A stretch of 64,000 bases of DNA from an uncultured Acidobacteriota bacterium (lineage in GTDB: Bacteria; Acidobacteriota; Vicinamibacteria; Vicinamibacterales; CAVVIG01), in NCBI GenBank assembly GCA_963731545.1, contig CAVSWN010000010.1:60632-124631 (forward strand), in the 5' to 3' direction. Shown here piece by piece: positions 47,238 to 58,081 of this stretch; within the stretch, counting starts at the first letter, position 1; each line of letters opens with the position of its first letter. The position numbers and the translations under genes were made by a program. A model generated the notes under the pieces. The model did not search any database and was not told where the DNA came from. It was given only the letters and a program-made list of their open reading frames with translations.

Positions 47238-48373
47238 ATGCAGAAGCCTCGTATTGCCGCCGGTGCGGCCGCGTTCTCTGCTGGCTTCGCCGGGCCGCAG
47301 GCGCTTGGGCGCCGAAGCGCAACGCGCGAAGGCGGCCAGCGCGCGCGCCGCGCCGTCCTTCAAGGTCGACCCGACCTGGCCGCTCGAACTGCCGAACAAC
47401 TGGATTCTCGGCGCGGTCACCGGCGTCTTCGTAGACGCCCGCGGCCACGTCTGGGTCACGCACCTGCCCGAAACGCTCACGGAAGAAGAAACGTCGATCG
47501 TGCAGAACCCGCCGATCGCCACCTGCTGCGCGCCGGCGCCGCCGGTCATCGAGATTCGACGCGCAGGGCAAGGTCGTCCAGGGCTGGGGCCAGGGCCCGA
47601 TGACCGACACGTCGGCCTGGCCGCGCAACCCCCACGGCATCTTTGTCGACCACAACGACTTCGTCTGGGTCGGCACCTACATGCACCACCGCGTGATGAA
47701 GTTCACACGCGACGGCAAGCTCGTCATGACCATCGGCGAGTACGACAAGAACGCCGGCAGCAGCGACGAGAAACTGCTCGGCGGCCCGGCCGGCATCTGG
47801 GTCGATCCGAGGAACAACGAGGTCTATATCGCCGACGGCTACCGCAACCGCCGCGTCGTCGTCTTCGACGGCGCGACGGGGAAGTACCTGCGCCACTGGG
47901 GCGCGTACGGTGAACGGCCCGACGACGCCTACCGGTTCGACCCGAAGACGATGGCCGACGGCGCGCTGCCGAAGCAGTTCTCGACGGTGCACGGGCTGAC
48001 GGGATCGAAGGACGGGAAGATCTACGTGGCGGATCGGCGGGGCAACCGCATCCAGGTGTTCGACCACCAGGGCAAGTTCCTCGCAGAAAAAATCATCGCG
48101 CCGAAGACGCTCGCGTCGGGCTCCGCGTTCGTCATCGTGCTATCGCCCGATCCGCAGGAGCAGTGGCTGTATCTCGCCGACGGCACCAATCACAAAGTGT
48201 GGATTCTGCGCCGCGCCGACCTCGAGGTCGTGGGCGAGTTCGGCCATGGCGGACGCCAGGTCGGACAGATGCTGCGTCCTCACGGCATGAGCGTGGACAC
48301 GCAGGGGAACCTCTTCGTCGGTGAAGCGTCGACGGGACGCCGCGTCCAGAAGTTCACGTTCAGTCTGCGCTGA
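47238..48373 (+). CDS. NHL-repeat beta-propeller protein (PAL-like), two +1 frame changes (~47300, ~47555)
   Basis: MQKPRIAAGAAAF (ORF 47226) joins FKVDPTWPLELPNNWILGAVTGVFVDARGHVWV (ORF 46933 frame), which joins ORF 47600..48373 with the repeats EVYIADGYRNRRVVVFD, KIYVADRRGNRIQVFD and GNLFVGEASTGRRVQKF. Confidence 0.7.
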
Positions 48374-48390
48374 ACGGTGGAAATGGCTGG

Positions 48391-48729
48391 TCAGGCGGCC
48401 CGATGTTTTTTGGTCAGCGTGCGGAAATGGACTTCCGCGTACGCGACCCCGCCCGTCTCGTCGAGGTTGAACTCGAAGTCGTAGCCTTCCTCCTCGAGAC
48501 TGCGGCGCACGTGGTCGATCGCCCGCATCGCCACGGGACTCAATTCGTCCCGGCTGACGTCTGGCTCTGCGAGCAAGGTCACCCACGCGTCCTTCTGAGC
48601 GCGCGAGGGCTTCTTGGCCATCTGAAAGCCGTTCCGGCACTTCTTCATCAGATAGTCGTGCAGCTCCGCCTCTGGCAGATTCTTCACGCGGTTCCAGGAC
48701 TCCACCCAGCCTCGAGTTCTCGCCGACAT
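48391..48729 (-). CDS. hypothetical protein (112 aa, intact)
   Basis: The ORF has good GC3. No family was recognised (…WNRVKNLPEAELHDYLMKKCRNGF…EEEGYDFEFNLDETGGVAYAEVHF). Confidence 0.45.
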   Translation of the reverse strand: MSARTRGWVESWNRVKNLPEAELHDYLMKKCRNGFQMAKKPSRAQKDAWVTLLAEPDVSRDELSPVAMRAIDHVRRSLEEEGYDFEFNLDETGGVAYAEVHFRTLTKKHRAA

Positions 48730-48886
48730 CGCTGTCCTTCCCGAATCGCCGCTCCAAGCAGCGGCTCATCAGATTGTATCAACCGGGACGCGTCTCGGTA
48801 CCGTGCGATCGCGAGCGAGAGCTCATCCACAGGGACGTCCCTGTCGAGCTCGAAATCTGGCGCGCGATTCCGCACAATTGAGGGAC

Positions 48887-49883
48887 GTGATCTCACACAC
48901 CAAGCGCGCTACTTGTGTCGCGGCACTCGTAGTCTGTCTCGCGTACACGGCCGCGGCATCCGCAAAGAGCTGTCCCGGAGGTCGAGTACCTGCTGGCGGT
49001 GGCCGCCATGGTCACGGAGCAGGCGCCGCGAAGCGCGCACGATGCCGCGTTGATGCGGGACGTCTACCAGCCGTACATCGAGCCGCTTGCGCTCGCTGAT
49101 TACAACGAGATCGAGCAAGGCCTGGCCACCGGCGGCCTCGTTCGACTGCCGCTCGATCCGCGCTTCAACGTGCGCGTCCGACTGGATGGAACCAGCCCGA
49201 TCGGCGAAAAGGACATCGCTCACCAATCGAGCTACGTCGCCGCGCGCGCCGCGACGATCGGCTGTCTGCTCGACGTCGCGTCGCGGGTGAAATCCGGGCC
49301 GATCGAAGTCACCAGCCTGGTTCGGCATCTGGAGTATCAGCAGCAGCTCCGCATGACGAATCTCAATGCGACGACCGACGTCCCGACGCATGCGCTCGGC
49401 CTCGCGTTCGACATCGCCATGGTGAATACGCCGCTCCCAACCGTTCTGGAAATTCGCGACGTGCTTCAGAAAATGAGCGATGCCGGCGACATCCTCTTGA
49501 TCGTCGAACGTCAACAGCTGGTCTTTCACGTCGTGCCGCATCCGTCGCGTCTCGGCTGGTACTCGGAGGTCTACGCGCATGCCATTGCCGGCCGGCCGTG
49601 GGGTCGTCCCAGCGACGCGCGTCGTCCGCTGATGCCGATCGTGATCAGCGAGATTGGCTCACTCCGGCCTCTGCCGCCCTGGGCGGCCGAATGGTGGGCC
49701 GCCGACAACGTGCCGATCGACCTGCCAACCGCCGAGATCCTCCCCGACGGCCTCCCGACAGACTCTCGTCCCCTGGGAGTCATGGGCCGCTACGTCGCGT
49801 GGGTCGGCGATATTCTGTCGACGACGTGGCAACGAACGTGGCCGCGGCTGACCGTCGTCCCAGCCATGCTGGGCGTCGGCTAG
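48887..49883 (+). CDS. putative LAS-superfamily (VanY/M15-like) zinc peptidase-fold protein with signal peptide, +1 frame change near 48975
   Basis: GTG 48887 gives ISHTKRATCVAALVVCLAYTAAASAKS (ORF 48803 frame), which joins PEVEYLLAVAAMVTEQ... (ORF 48999). It has the H-x-x-G-x-A-x-D-like motif THALGLAFDI and a later VFHVVPH. The family assignment is tentative. Confidence 0.45.
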
Positions 49884-49909
49884 CAGCGCGGCGAAGCCTA
49901 CCCGAGTCG

Positions 49910-51486
49910 GTGCGTGACTGCGCTGCGATTGCCGTCGTTGCGCTGCTCGTAGCTGTTGTCCTCCGGCCGTTCCAGAACACACCATTCATCGACGACTGGG
50001 CCTACTCCTGGTCTGTGCAGCATTTGCTCGACACCGGCGAGTTTCGCTTTCCGGAGATTGTGGCCAACCCCGTCGCGACCCAGGTCGTGTGGGGCGCATT
50101 GTTTTGCCTGCCCTTTGGCTTCTCCCTTGCGACGCTTCGCGTGTCGACATGGGTGCTCGGCGTCCTTGCCTTGTGTGCGCTCTACCTGTTGGTTCGCGAA
50201 AATGGCGGCACACGGCGGAGCGCGCTGGTCGCGGCCGCGGTGGTTGGGTTCTATCCAACGTTCTTCATCCTCTCGGCCACCTTCATGGCCGATGTTCCAG
50301 TCCTGGCCGGAATGCTCTGGTCCGCGCTTCTGTTCAGTCGTGCGCTTCACCGCCGGCAGGTCGGGCTCGTCTGGCTTGCGGCCGCCGTCTGCGCGGCGTC
50401 GGTGGGCATCCGAGTCATCGCCCTGGGTGTCGCGGGCGCGATGATCGCCATGCTGCTGTTCCATACAGGCGGATGGGGCCGTCGCGTCAGCGTGCTGTTG
50501 CCGCCGGTGCTCGTTGGTCCGATCGCGGCGTGGCTGCTCGTGTGGACGCGGAGCGCGTGTTCACGTCGGCAGACATCACGTGGCTGGCCGTCAATCCCGA
50601 GCGACGGCTGGCCAACCTCCGCTACGCCTTCGGTGGGATGCTTCCGGGGATGCTCGTTGAAACGCTACTGTTCGTGCTGGTGCTGGTAGGCATTGCCTTG
50701 CTGCCGATTGCTGTGGGTCTGGTGCGCCGACAGATCGTGCGGCGGACGGCGCTTGTCTTCGCATCGTTTGCGGCCGCATGGATCGTCGCCAGGCGTGCTG
50801 GCCTTGACGCGTCGATCCCATTCGGGCCAGGGGGCATCTGGGCCTGGCGAGAGATCGGCGCCATGGCGTCGATGGTGCCGGGATGGCAGGCCGACCCGTT
50901 TCCGTGGTGGGTGGCCGCGTCAGCAGTGGCGGTGGCTCTCACTTCAGCCGCGATCCTCGTGGCCGCATGGCCGCGAGGTGCGCTGCGCGAGGCCGACACG
51001 TTCCTCATCTGGAACATCGCCGGGCAGGTGATGTTCGTCGCGATCCTGTGGCTCACCTACGATCGGTATGGCCTCGTGTTCGTACCGCTGACCGCTGCTC
51101 TTGTTCTCGGGCGCCAGCCGCCGACGCGCTACGGTCTGACCATCGGGTGCGTTGTCCTGTACGCGGCGATCGCCCTGGCAGGCACGCACGATCACCTGCG
51201 TTATAACCGCGCCGTCTGGTCGGCCGTGGCCGATTTGCGCGCGAAAGGCGTCCCTCCAGCGGACATCGACGGCGGCTACGTCGTCAATGGATTTCTCCAA
51301 TATCTTCATCCGGACGAAGCGTACCGTGATGCCACAGGGCGAATCATCGTGCCGATGGTCAATGATGTTGCGGAACTCCCATACACCGTCGCCGATCGGC
51401 CGATGCCGAATCGGACAATCGTCCAGCGGTACCCGTATGCCGGCTGGCTCCGGCCGGGCGGCAATATCTACGTGCTGAAACGTTGA
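49910..51486 (+). CDS. GT-C (PMT_2/ArnT-like) membrane glycosyltransferase, -1 frame change near 50550
   Basis: GTG 49910. The polytopic N-terminus has FIDDWAYSW and ...FYPTFFILSATFMADVP... (ORF 49598 frame) and continues in ORF 50089..51486. Confidence 0.6.
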
Positions 51487-51514
51487 GGACGGTTGGCTGC
51501 GATAGACTACCCAC

Positions 51515-51967
51515 GTGCCGAATCGGATAAGAGCCATGCGCGCTTTCATGACGGCGTTGTGTCTGGTGGCGGCCGGCGCGATGGCGTCGGCGCAGAAGTC
51601 CGCCGACAAAGCCGCGGCGAAGACGAACAGGACGCTGACGCTCGTGGGCTGCGTGGAAAAAGGCAGCTTGCCGAATCAATTTACGCTGGCGGACGAAGAG
51701 TCCGGCAAGTACGTGGTGACAGGAGCGCGCATCGGTCGATACGTGGGACAGCGCGTCGAGATCGCCGGCATTTCCGACAATTCAAAATTCAAGGTGAAGG
51801 GCGGTTTGTGGCCGACGCCGAATGCCGCCGGACAAGCCGGGGCGATCGATCCCGTTCGCGCGGCGATGGCCGCGCAGCCCGGCGGTCCCTATTCGGCGAC
51901 TGGCCAGGTCGACCTGCCCAAGGTGACCGTAAAGTCCGTGAGGGCGCTTGATTCCAGGTGTGGGTGA
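51515..51967 (+). CDS. secreted hypothetical protein
   Basis: It has the signal peptide MRAFMTALCLVAAGAMASAQ. No family was recognised. Confidence 0.5.
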   Translation: MPNRIRAMRAFMTALCLVAAGAMASAQKSADKAAAKTNRTLTLVGCVEKGSLPNQFTLADEESGKYVVTGARIGRYVGQRVEIAGISDNSKFKVKGGLWPTPNAAGQAGAIDPVRAAMAAQPGGPYSATGQVDLPKVTVKSVRALDSRCG

Positions 51968-52912
51968 CTACAGACATGCGCGATGGACGGCCTTCGCGAT
52001 TTGCACATCCTGCACGGCGACACCGGTCAGATCCGCAATCGTAAGCTGCTCCGGCGACGTGCGGCCGGGCGCCTTGCCGGCAATCACGGCGCCGAGCTCG
52101 CGCACATCATCCGGTCGGATCAAACCGGCGCGCACGGCGTGCGACAGGTCGCCGTGATCGGCGCACTGCGAGACGCTGTCGACCACAACCACGTCCGCCT
52201 TGGGAAATAGCGCCGCGTCGAGCTCCTGCTTGTGCGCGCTGTCGGCTCCGACCGCGGTGATGTGGGTGCCTGGCCGCGCATCCGCCGCGGCGATCAGCGG
52301 CGCCGTCGCCGCCGTCGTCGTGACAATCAGATTGCACGCACGTGGCACATCGCGCACGTCGCCCGTGATTGCGACCGTAAACCCTTCGCGCTCCATTTCA
52401 GCCTTGTAGTCCGCGGCGCGCTGCGCGTTGCGGCCCCACACCAGTACCTCGCGGCACGGCGTCACGGCACGAAGCAGCTGCAGTTGGAGCCGCGCCTGCA
52501 CTCCCGTGCCGAGGATGCCGATGCACGTCACCGTTTTCGGCGCCAGATATTTCGCGGCGATCGCGCCAGCCACGGCCGTCCGCAGATCGGTCAGGTACCC
52601 TTCGTCGAGCAGCACCGATGCCAGTTCGCCCGTCTTCTGGCTGAAGAGCAGCATCAGCCCATTCCCGGACGGCAAGCCGCGACTCGGATTCTCGTAAAAG
52701 CCGGAGGCGATCTTGACGACGAAAAAATCATCGTCATGCAGATAGCCATATTTGATGTGCACGTCGCCTGGCGGATTGGAGAAGCGCAATGCTCCGACTG
52801 GCGGCACTTCGGCACGGCGTTCGGAGTACGCCACAAACCCGGCTTCGATCTCCGGCAGCAAATCAACGCCCGCGAGCGCCGTCTTCATCTGTTGCAGCGT
52901 GATGATTTTCAT
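51968..52912 (-). CDS. ornithine cyclodeaminase/mu-crystallin family protein
   Basis: Intact 314 aa with the Rossmann block IGILGTGVQARLQ and typical OCD N- and C-terminal blocks. Confidence 0.85.
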   Translation of the reverse strand: MKIITLQQMKTALAGVDLLPEIEAGFVAYSERRAEVPPVGALRFSNPPGDVHIKYGYLHDDDFFVVKIASGFYENPSRGLPSGNGLMLLFSQKTGELASVLLDEGYLTDLRTAVAGAIAAKYLAPKTVTCIGILGTGVQARLQLQLLRAVTPCREVLVWGRNAQRAADYKAEMEREGFTVAITGDVRDVPRACNLIVTTTAATAPLIAAADARPGTHITAVGADSAHKQELDAALFPKADVVVVDSVSQCADHGDLSHAVRAGLIRPDDVRELGAVIAGKAPGRTSPEQLTIADLTGVAVQDVQIAKAVHRACL

Positions 52913-52950
52913 GGATCACATGCGCTGAGCCCGAAGGATACAATGCGACG

Positions 52951-53883
52951 ATGAAACCGACCATCCTCATCCTCGGATCGATGCTGGTCCTGTCGGGTCC
53001 GCTCGCGTCCACCGCCTTTCAATCCGCTCCACGCCAGGCTCCCGACCCGCGCTCCCGCGGCGGCGGCGATTGCCGGGCCAACCCGTACAACTGCGCGGAC
53101 ACGCCCAATCCCATTCCGGCTCCGGATACGGTCTGGCTCGAGGAGATGACGTGGATGGATGTCCGCGATGCACTGAAGGCGGGCAAGACGACCGTCATCA
53201 TCCCGACGGGCGGGATGGAGCCGAACGGTCCGTGGCTCGCGCTGGGCAAGCACAACTACGTGCTGCGAACCAATTGCGACGTCATCGCCCGCAAGCTCGG
53301 GAACGCCCTGTGCGCGCCGATCATCGCGCTGGTGCCGGAGGGCGCCATTGAGCCGCCGCGCGGCCACATGCTCAGCCCCGGCACGATCAGCATGCGAGAG
53401 GAAACGTTCCAGGCCATCCTCACCGATACCGCGCACAGCCTGAAGATGCACGGTTTTCAGAACATCATCTTCATCGGCGACAGCGGCGGGAACCAGAACG
53501 GGCAGAAGGCCGTCGCCGAGAAGCTCACCGCGCAATGGAACGGCACGCCGGTGGTTGCGCACATCGGGGAGTACTACACGGCGCCGCCCGGCACGCCCAA
53601 TGTGCTGCGCGCTCTCGGCGTCGTGAAAGACGGGCAGCCGGACGATGGATTGCACGACAGTCCGGGCATCACCCTCAACATGATGCTGACCGATCCGAAC
53701 TCGGTTCGCTGGGAGCAGCGGGTGAAGGCCGGCAAGGCGACGATCAACGGCGTGTCGATTGCCGACAAGGCGAAATCGCTCGAGCTCGCGAAACAGATCG
53801 TCGATGCGCGCGCGACACGCACCGCGGACCTCATCAGGAAAGCCATCGCCGCCAAGGGGAAGCCGCCGACGGCGCAGCCTTAG
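52951..53883 (+). CDS. creatininase-family protein, divergent, with signal peptide
   Basis: WLEEMTWMDVRDALKAGKTTVIIPTGGMEPNGPWLALGKH and IFIGDSGGNQ resemble the creatininase/MftE-family blocks. Confidence 0.65.
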   Translation: MKPTILILGSMLVLSGPLASTAFQSAPRQAPDPRSRGGGDCRANPYNCADTPNPIPAPDTVWLEEMTWMDVRDALKAGKTTVIIPTGGMEPNGPWLALGKHNYVLRTNCDVIARKLGNALCAPIIALVPEGAIEPPRGHMLSPGTISMREETFQAILTDTAHSLKMHGFQNIIFIGDSGGNQNGQKAVAEKLTAQWNGTPVVAHIGEYYTAPPGTPNVLRALGVVKDGQPDDGLHDSPGITLNMMLTDPNSVRWEQRVKAGKATINGVSIADKAKSLELAKQIVDARATRTADLIRKAIAAKGKPPTAQP

Positions 53884-53968
53884 AGAAGGCGATGGGGTCG
53901 CCGCAGGCATGGGTGCGCCGGGACAACGATCTGCAGCCGCCTCCCGTCTAAGCGGGGCGGAGGGTTCC

Positions 53969-54739
53969 ATGCGCGCGATCCTGTCGGCGGTCCTGGTGCT
54001 GTGCGGCGTGTCCCCGGCGTTCGCTCAAGCCGACTTCAACTGGCGGGGCCAGATCGGATCGGGCCAGACCCTGGAAATCCGAGGCGTCAACGGCGAGATC
54101 AACGCCAAGGTCTCCGGCTCGGGCGACGCGGAGGTACGCGCCGCCAAGTCGGCGAACCGCAGCGACCCGGCGTTGGTGCGCGTTGAGGTCGTTCCACATG
54201 CGGGCGGCGTCCTCGTGTGCGCCGTCTATCCCACCGCCGAAGGCCGCGAGCAGAACACGTGCGACCCCGGGCCGAGGCACCGCTCGAATACGAACAACAA
54301 CGACACGGTCGTGCGATTCGATGTGAGTGTGCCGGCCGGCGTGCGGTTCGTCGGCAAAACCGTGAACGGCGACGTCACGGCAGAGTCGCTCAACGGCGAC
54401 GCCGAGGGCCACACGGTGAACGGATCGGTCAAGGTCTCGACGACGGGCAGCGCGATCGCGAACACGGTCAACGGATCGCTGGACGTGGCGATGGGGCGCG
54501 CCGACTTCCCGGACGGCGCGAAGTTCTCGACCGTCAACGGCGGCATCACGCTGCGCGTGCCGTCCTACCTGAACGCGCACTTGCGGGCGTCGGTGCAGAA
54601 TGGCAGCATCGAGTCGGACTTCCCGATCACCGTCACCGGCACGATGAACCGCCGGAAAGTCGAAGGCACGATCGGAAGCGGTGGCCAGGACCTGCAGGTG
54701 TCGACGGTCAACGGCAGCATCAGGCTCAAATCCCAGTAG
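53969..54739 (+). CDS. DUF4097-family beta-strand repeat protein (putative adhesin-like)
   Basis: The ATG at 53969 follows a GGAGG. It has the signal peptide MRAILSAVLVLCGVSPAFAQ and repeated VNGxI/V motifs (VNGEI, VNGDV, VNGSV, VNGSL, VNGGI, QNGSI, VNGSI). Confidence 0.7.
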   Translation: MRAILSAVLVLCGVSPAFAQADFNWRGQIGSGQTLEIRGVNGEINAKVSGSGDAEVRAAKSANRSDPALVRVEVVPHAGGVLVCAVYPTAEGREQNTCDPGPRHRSNTNNNDTVVRFDVSVPAGVRFVGKTVNGDVTAESLNGDAEGHTVNGSVKVSTTGSAIANTVNGSLDVAMGRADFPDGAKFSTVNGGITLRVPSYLNAHLRASVQNGSIESDFPITVTGTMNRRKVEGTIGSGGQDLQVSTVNGSIRLKSQ

Positions 54740-55115
54740 CCTGGAGCTCGACGCGCATCAGGCGCTGACTGACGGCAGAGAGCCAGCGCAGGCCGCAGTC
54801 AACGATTCGTTCCAACCCGCACCGTGGATCAGCCGTGCCTGCGTCGCCGCGCGCAGGCGCTGCAGCGGCGCCAGCCGCCGCAGGGCGAGACGATGACATC
54901 CGGATCGAGCAGCTGGACGAAGCCGAGGCGTGGCTCGCCGCCCGATGCGCCGGCGAGAATTCTTCTGGCGCCGTCGAGACGCTCGGCGCTGCAGCAGCGC
55001 GCGAGCTGGCCAATCACGACGCGCTCTTCACCACTCACGAGCGTGACCGCAGCCGGATCTTCGCTCACGACTACGTCGGTCAGTGCGCCGAGCGGCTCGC
55101 GCCTATAATTCGACC

Positions 55116-57658
55116 GTGCCGGTCTGGGCACGGGTCATTGTTGCAATCGCCGTATTGCGGACGGGCACGGCACTGGCAGTGTACTGGTCTGCGCCTGCGC
55201 CGCTTCAGTGGAAGGTTCCTCCCTGGGCGTACGCTGGCCTGGCGCTTACGTTCGTGGCGATCGGCATCGGTCTTGTCGTGGCGAATCGTCGCGATGTTCG
55301 CGCCGAGTGGCTGGTGCGAATTGTTCACCCCATGATCTCTTCGCTGGTAACCGCCTTGATCGACGCGCGCGCCCGGTCCATCGTGCCAGCACTGATCTAC
55401 ACGCGACCCGAGGCGTTCACCGGCGTGTTCTTCTGGTATTTCCTCCTCCGCTTTCCATCCGACCTCGATGCCCGGCGAGGACGATTCATCCGCCTCGCCG
55501 GATGGAGCCGCGACGGCGATCGGCGCCTGGTGTATGGCTGCGAATCTGGCCACGCCGTGGGTCTCCATGGCCGACGCGCCGCGCTGGTGGACAGCCTTTG
55601 TGGCGTCGACGCTCAACCCCGCCGGCATCTACTGGCTCGTGGTTTTTGGCGTCTGGGGCCGTCGGCGTTTCCCGCGCTGCTGTGGTCGCGGGGCGGACTG
55701 CGGCCGACGAAGCGCGCTCAACGGGTCAGGCTGTTTACGGGCGGGCTGCTCGCGGGCCTCGCCCCGTTCGCGCTCGAGGTCATCGTCGAAGAAATCGTGC
55801 CGCCCTACAAGGCGTTCGCACATGCGCCCCGTGTCGAACCGTGGATCGGCACCGTCCTCTTCGGCGCACTGGCGATCGTGCCGTTCGTCACGACTACTCG
55901 GTGCTGTTCGACCGGGTCGTCGACGTGCGGGTCGTGCTGCGCGCCGCCCTCCAGTACGCGCTCGCGCGCGATACACATCGTCGGATGGCGACGCTGGTGC
56001 CGTTTGCCGCGCTCAGCCTGTTTTTCTGTCGACCATCGCGCAGGAATCGCTGGCGGCGATCGCTGATCGACGCGGTCCCTGTCCGTTGCTGCTGGCCGCG
56101 ATCGTCATCGTGCTCGGACTGGCCGCGCTGCGACTGCGCGCGCCGATGGCTGGCGGCGCTCGACCGCCGCTACTTTCGCGAGTGGTACGACGCCCCAACA
56201 GACGCTGCGCGAGTTCGTCGTCACGGATTGCCCGGCAGTCACGGCGGATGCAATCGCCGCGCGCATCCGCGGCGAAATCGAGCTCGCGTCTGCACGCCGA
56301 AGCCGAGGTGTTCCTCGCCGATGAGCCGCGGACGCGCATGCGCCACGTCGGCGATAAACTGCCGTCCGTCGCGCTGGCCGCCAAGCTGACCGATCTCGCG
56401 CTCGGCGATCCGCGCCGATGGACGTCGACACTGCACGATGCCACATCGCCGCTTCGTCGGCTGCCCGCCGTCGAACGCCGATGGCTCGAGAGCGGCGATT
56501 CACCCTGATCGTCGCGCTCCGCCGCGGCAGGGCGGCGCCGCAGGGCTGCTCGCGCTGACGCCGAAGCGGAGCGGCCTGCAGTATTCCGGCGACGATCGGC
56601 GTCTGCTCGCCGGCGGTTGCGTCGGCTGCGAGCCTCGCACTTCGACAGCCTGCGGCTGCGCAGCACCCCCGACGCACCCAGCGAGCCGCCGGCCCGCGAA
56701 TGCCTCGAGTGCTCCCGGCTCAGTGCGTCCGAGCACGGCACGCTGCGCGTGCGGCGGCGACGTGGTACCGGCGGCGCGTGCCCCACATGCTCGCGGACGT
56801 CTTCCGGTTCGAGCAGCGCGTCGGCGCCGGCGGCATGGGTGTGGTGTATCGAGCGATCGATCTCAATCTCGGCCGCGACGTCGCGATCAAGGCGCTGCCG
56901 CAGCGTCAACCCGCAGCATGGTCGCGCTGCTGCGGCGCGAAGCGCGCGCGATGGCCGCGTCACTCATCCGAATCTGGCGGCTATCCACGGCGTCGAGACC
57001 TGGCGGGAGCACGCCGTTCCTCGTCCAGGAGTACCTGGCCGGCGGCACGTTGACGCAGCGGCTCGCCGACGCGGCGCCTGCGCATCGAGGAGGTCCCTGG
57101 ATCTCGGCATCACGCTCGCCGAGTTCCTCGATCAGCTGCATGCGCAGCGGCGTCGTGCACTGCGACATCAAGCCGAGCAACATCGGCTTCACCGAGCGTG
57201 GCGATCTGAAAGTGCTCGACTTCGGCCTCGCACGCGTGCTCCGCGAGCTGCGTGTCGACTCGGACGGGTCCACGACCGAGCCGCGCGCGGCGCACGAGGC
57301 CGCCGCCGCACCTGTGGAGCCGACAGCGAACGCCTTCGGCACGCCCCATTTCATGTCTCCAGAAGCGATTCGCGGCATGCGTCCCGCGCCGTCGTTCGAT
57401 TTGTGGGCGCTGGCCGTCGTCCTGTCCGAGGCCGTGGCAGGGCAGCGTCCCTTCGACGGCCACGATATCGGCTCGATCCACGCCAACGTCCTCGGCGGCC
57501 CGCCACCTGACATTCGCGTGCACCGCTCTGACGCCTCGCCGGAATTGTCGATGTTCTTCGCATCGGCCCTGGCGCTCGATCCGCTGAAGCGGCCGCCCGA
57601 TGCCCGCGGGTTCCTCAGCCGCCTCCGCCAATTGCGCACCGAATTCCCGCTGAGCTAG
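55116..57658 (+). pseudogene. membrane-anchored Ser/Thr protein kinase (polytopic N-terminus, zinc-ribbon-like linker, C-terminal kinase), as-sequenced with at least 6 frame changes
   Basis: TM-rich N-terminus (ORF 55083). Kinase subdomains are spread over ORFs 56700, 56617 and 56438: GAGGMGVVYRA, VAIKAL, HCDIKPSNIGF, DFGLAR, GTPHFMSPE. Confidence 0.7.
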
Positions 57659-57696
57659 ACTCGCGTCCGACAACCCAGCTTCCAGGGAGGTGAGCG

Positions 57697-58071
57697 ATGG
57701 CGAAAAAGACGAAGCGAAAGAGGGCGCGACGGCGCGAGATCACCGCGCAGGAGATCTTCGATTCCTGGCTGGACTCCTCGAAAAGCGGGCTCGGGTTGGG
57801 GAAGAAGTTCGGCCCGGAGATCTTCAGAAGACTTCGAGCAACCGCTGTTGGACAAGATCCAGGAGATGTGACATAGGGGCGAGGTATTTCGACAAGGACG
57901 CGGAGAAGGCCACCAAGCAGGTCGCTGAAAGACACCGGCAAAGTGTGCCGCATGTTTACGCTTGGAAAGACGGTGAGCCGGGACACGTTCGAGTTGGTGT
58001 TCACCTTCGTCCGCGAGAACCATCCGATGTGTCCGACTGGCGGCGGCGCGGGTGGATGGTGCGAAATCTGA
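57697..58071 (+). CDS. hypothetical basic protein (~124 aa if three +1 frame changes are corrected)
   Basis: MAKKTKRKRARRREITAQEIFDSWL...FGPEIF, then EDFEQPLLDKIQEM, then RYFDKDAEKATKQVAERH, then GKVCRMFTLGKTVSRDTFELVFTFVRENHPMCPTGGGAGGWCEI. The frames step 1, 2, 0, 1. The reconstruction is inferential. Confidence 0.35.
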
Positions 58072-58081
58072 TCGGCGGCCC

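Noticed and set aside
54726-55131. A possible ~135-aa minus-strand gene (…LGALTDVVVSEDPAAVTLVSGEERVVIGQLARCC… / …RIVDCGLRWLSAVSQRLMRVELQ) between the DUF4097 and kinase genes.
   Set aside because: It needs a frame correction and overlaps the DUF4097 stop. It matches no family I can name. The evidence is too weak to list it as a feature.
57952-58071. A small ORF (MFTLGKTV…CPTGGGAGGWCEI) as a stand-alone RiPP or bacteriocin precursor for the adjacent C39-like peptidase.
   Set aside because: The ORF is more simply the last frame segment of a ~124-aa protein, following the same +1 pattern seen elsewhere. It has no typical double-glycine leader, and no modification enzyme or ABC exporter is nearby. 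It is kept only as a speculative note in the findings.
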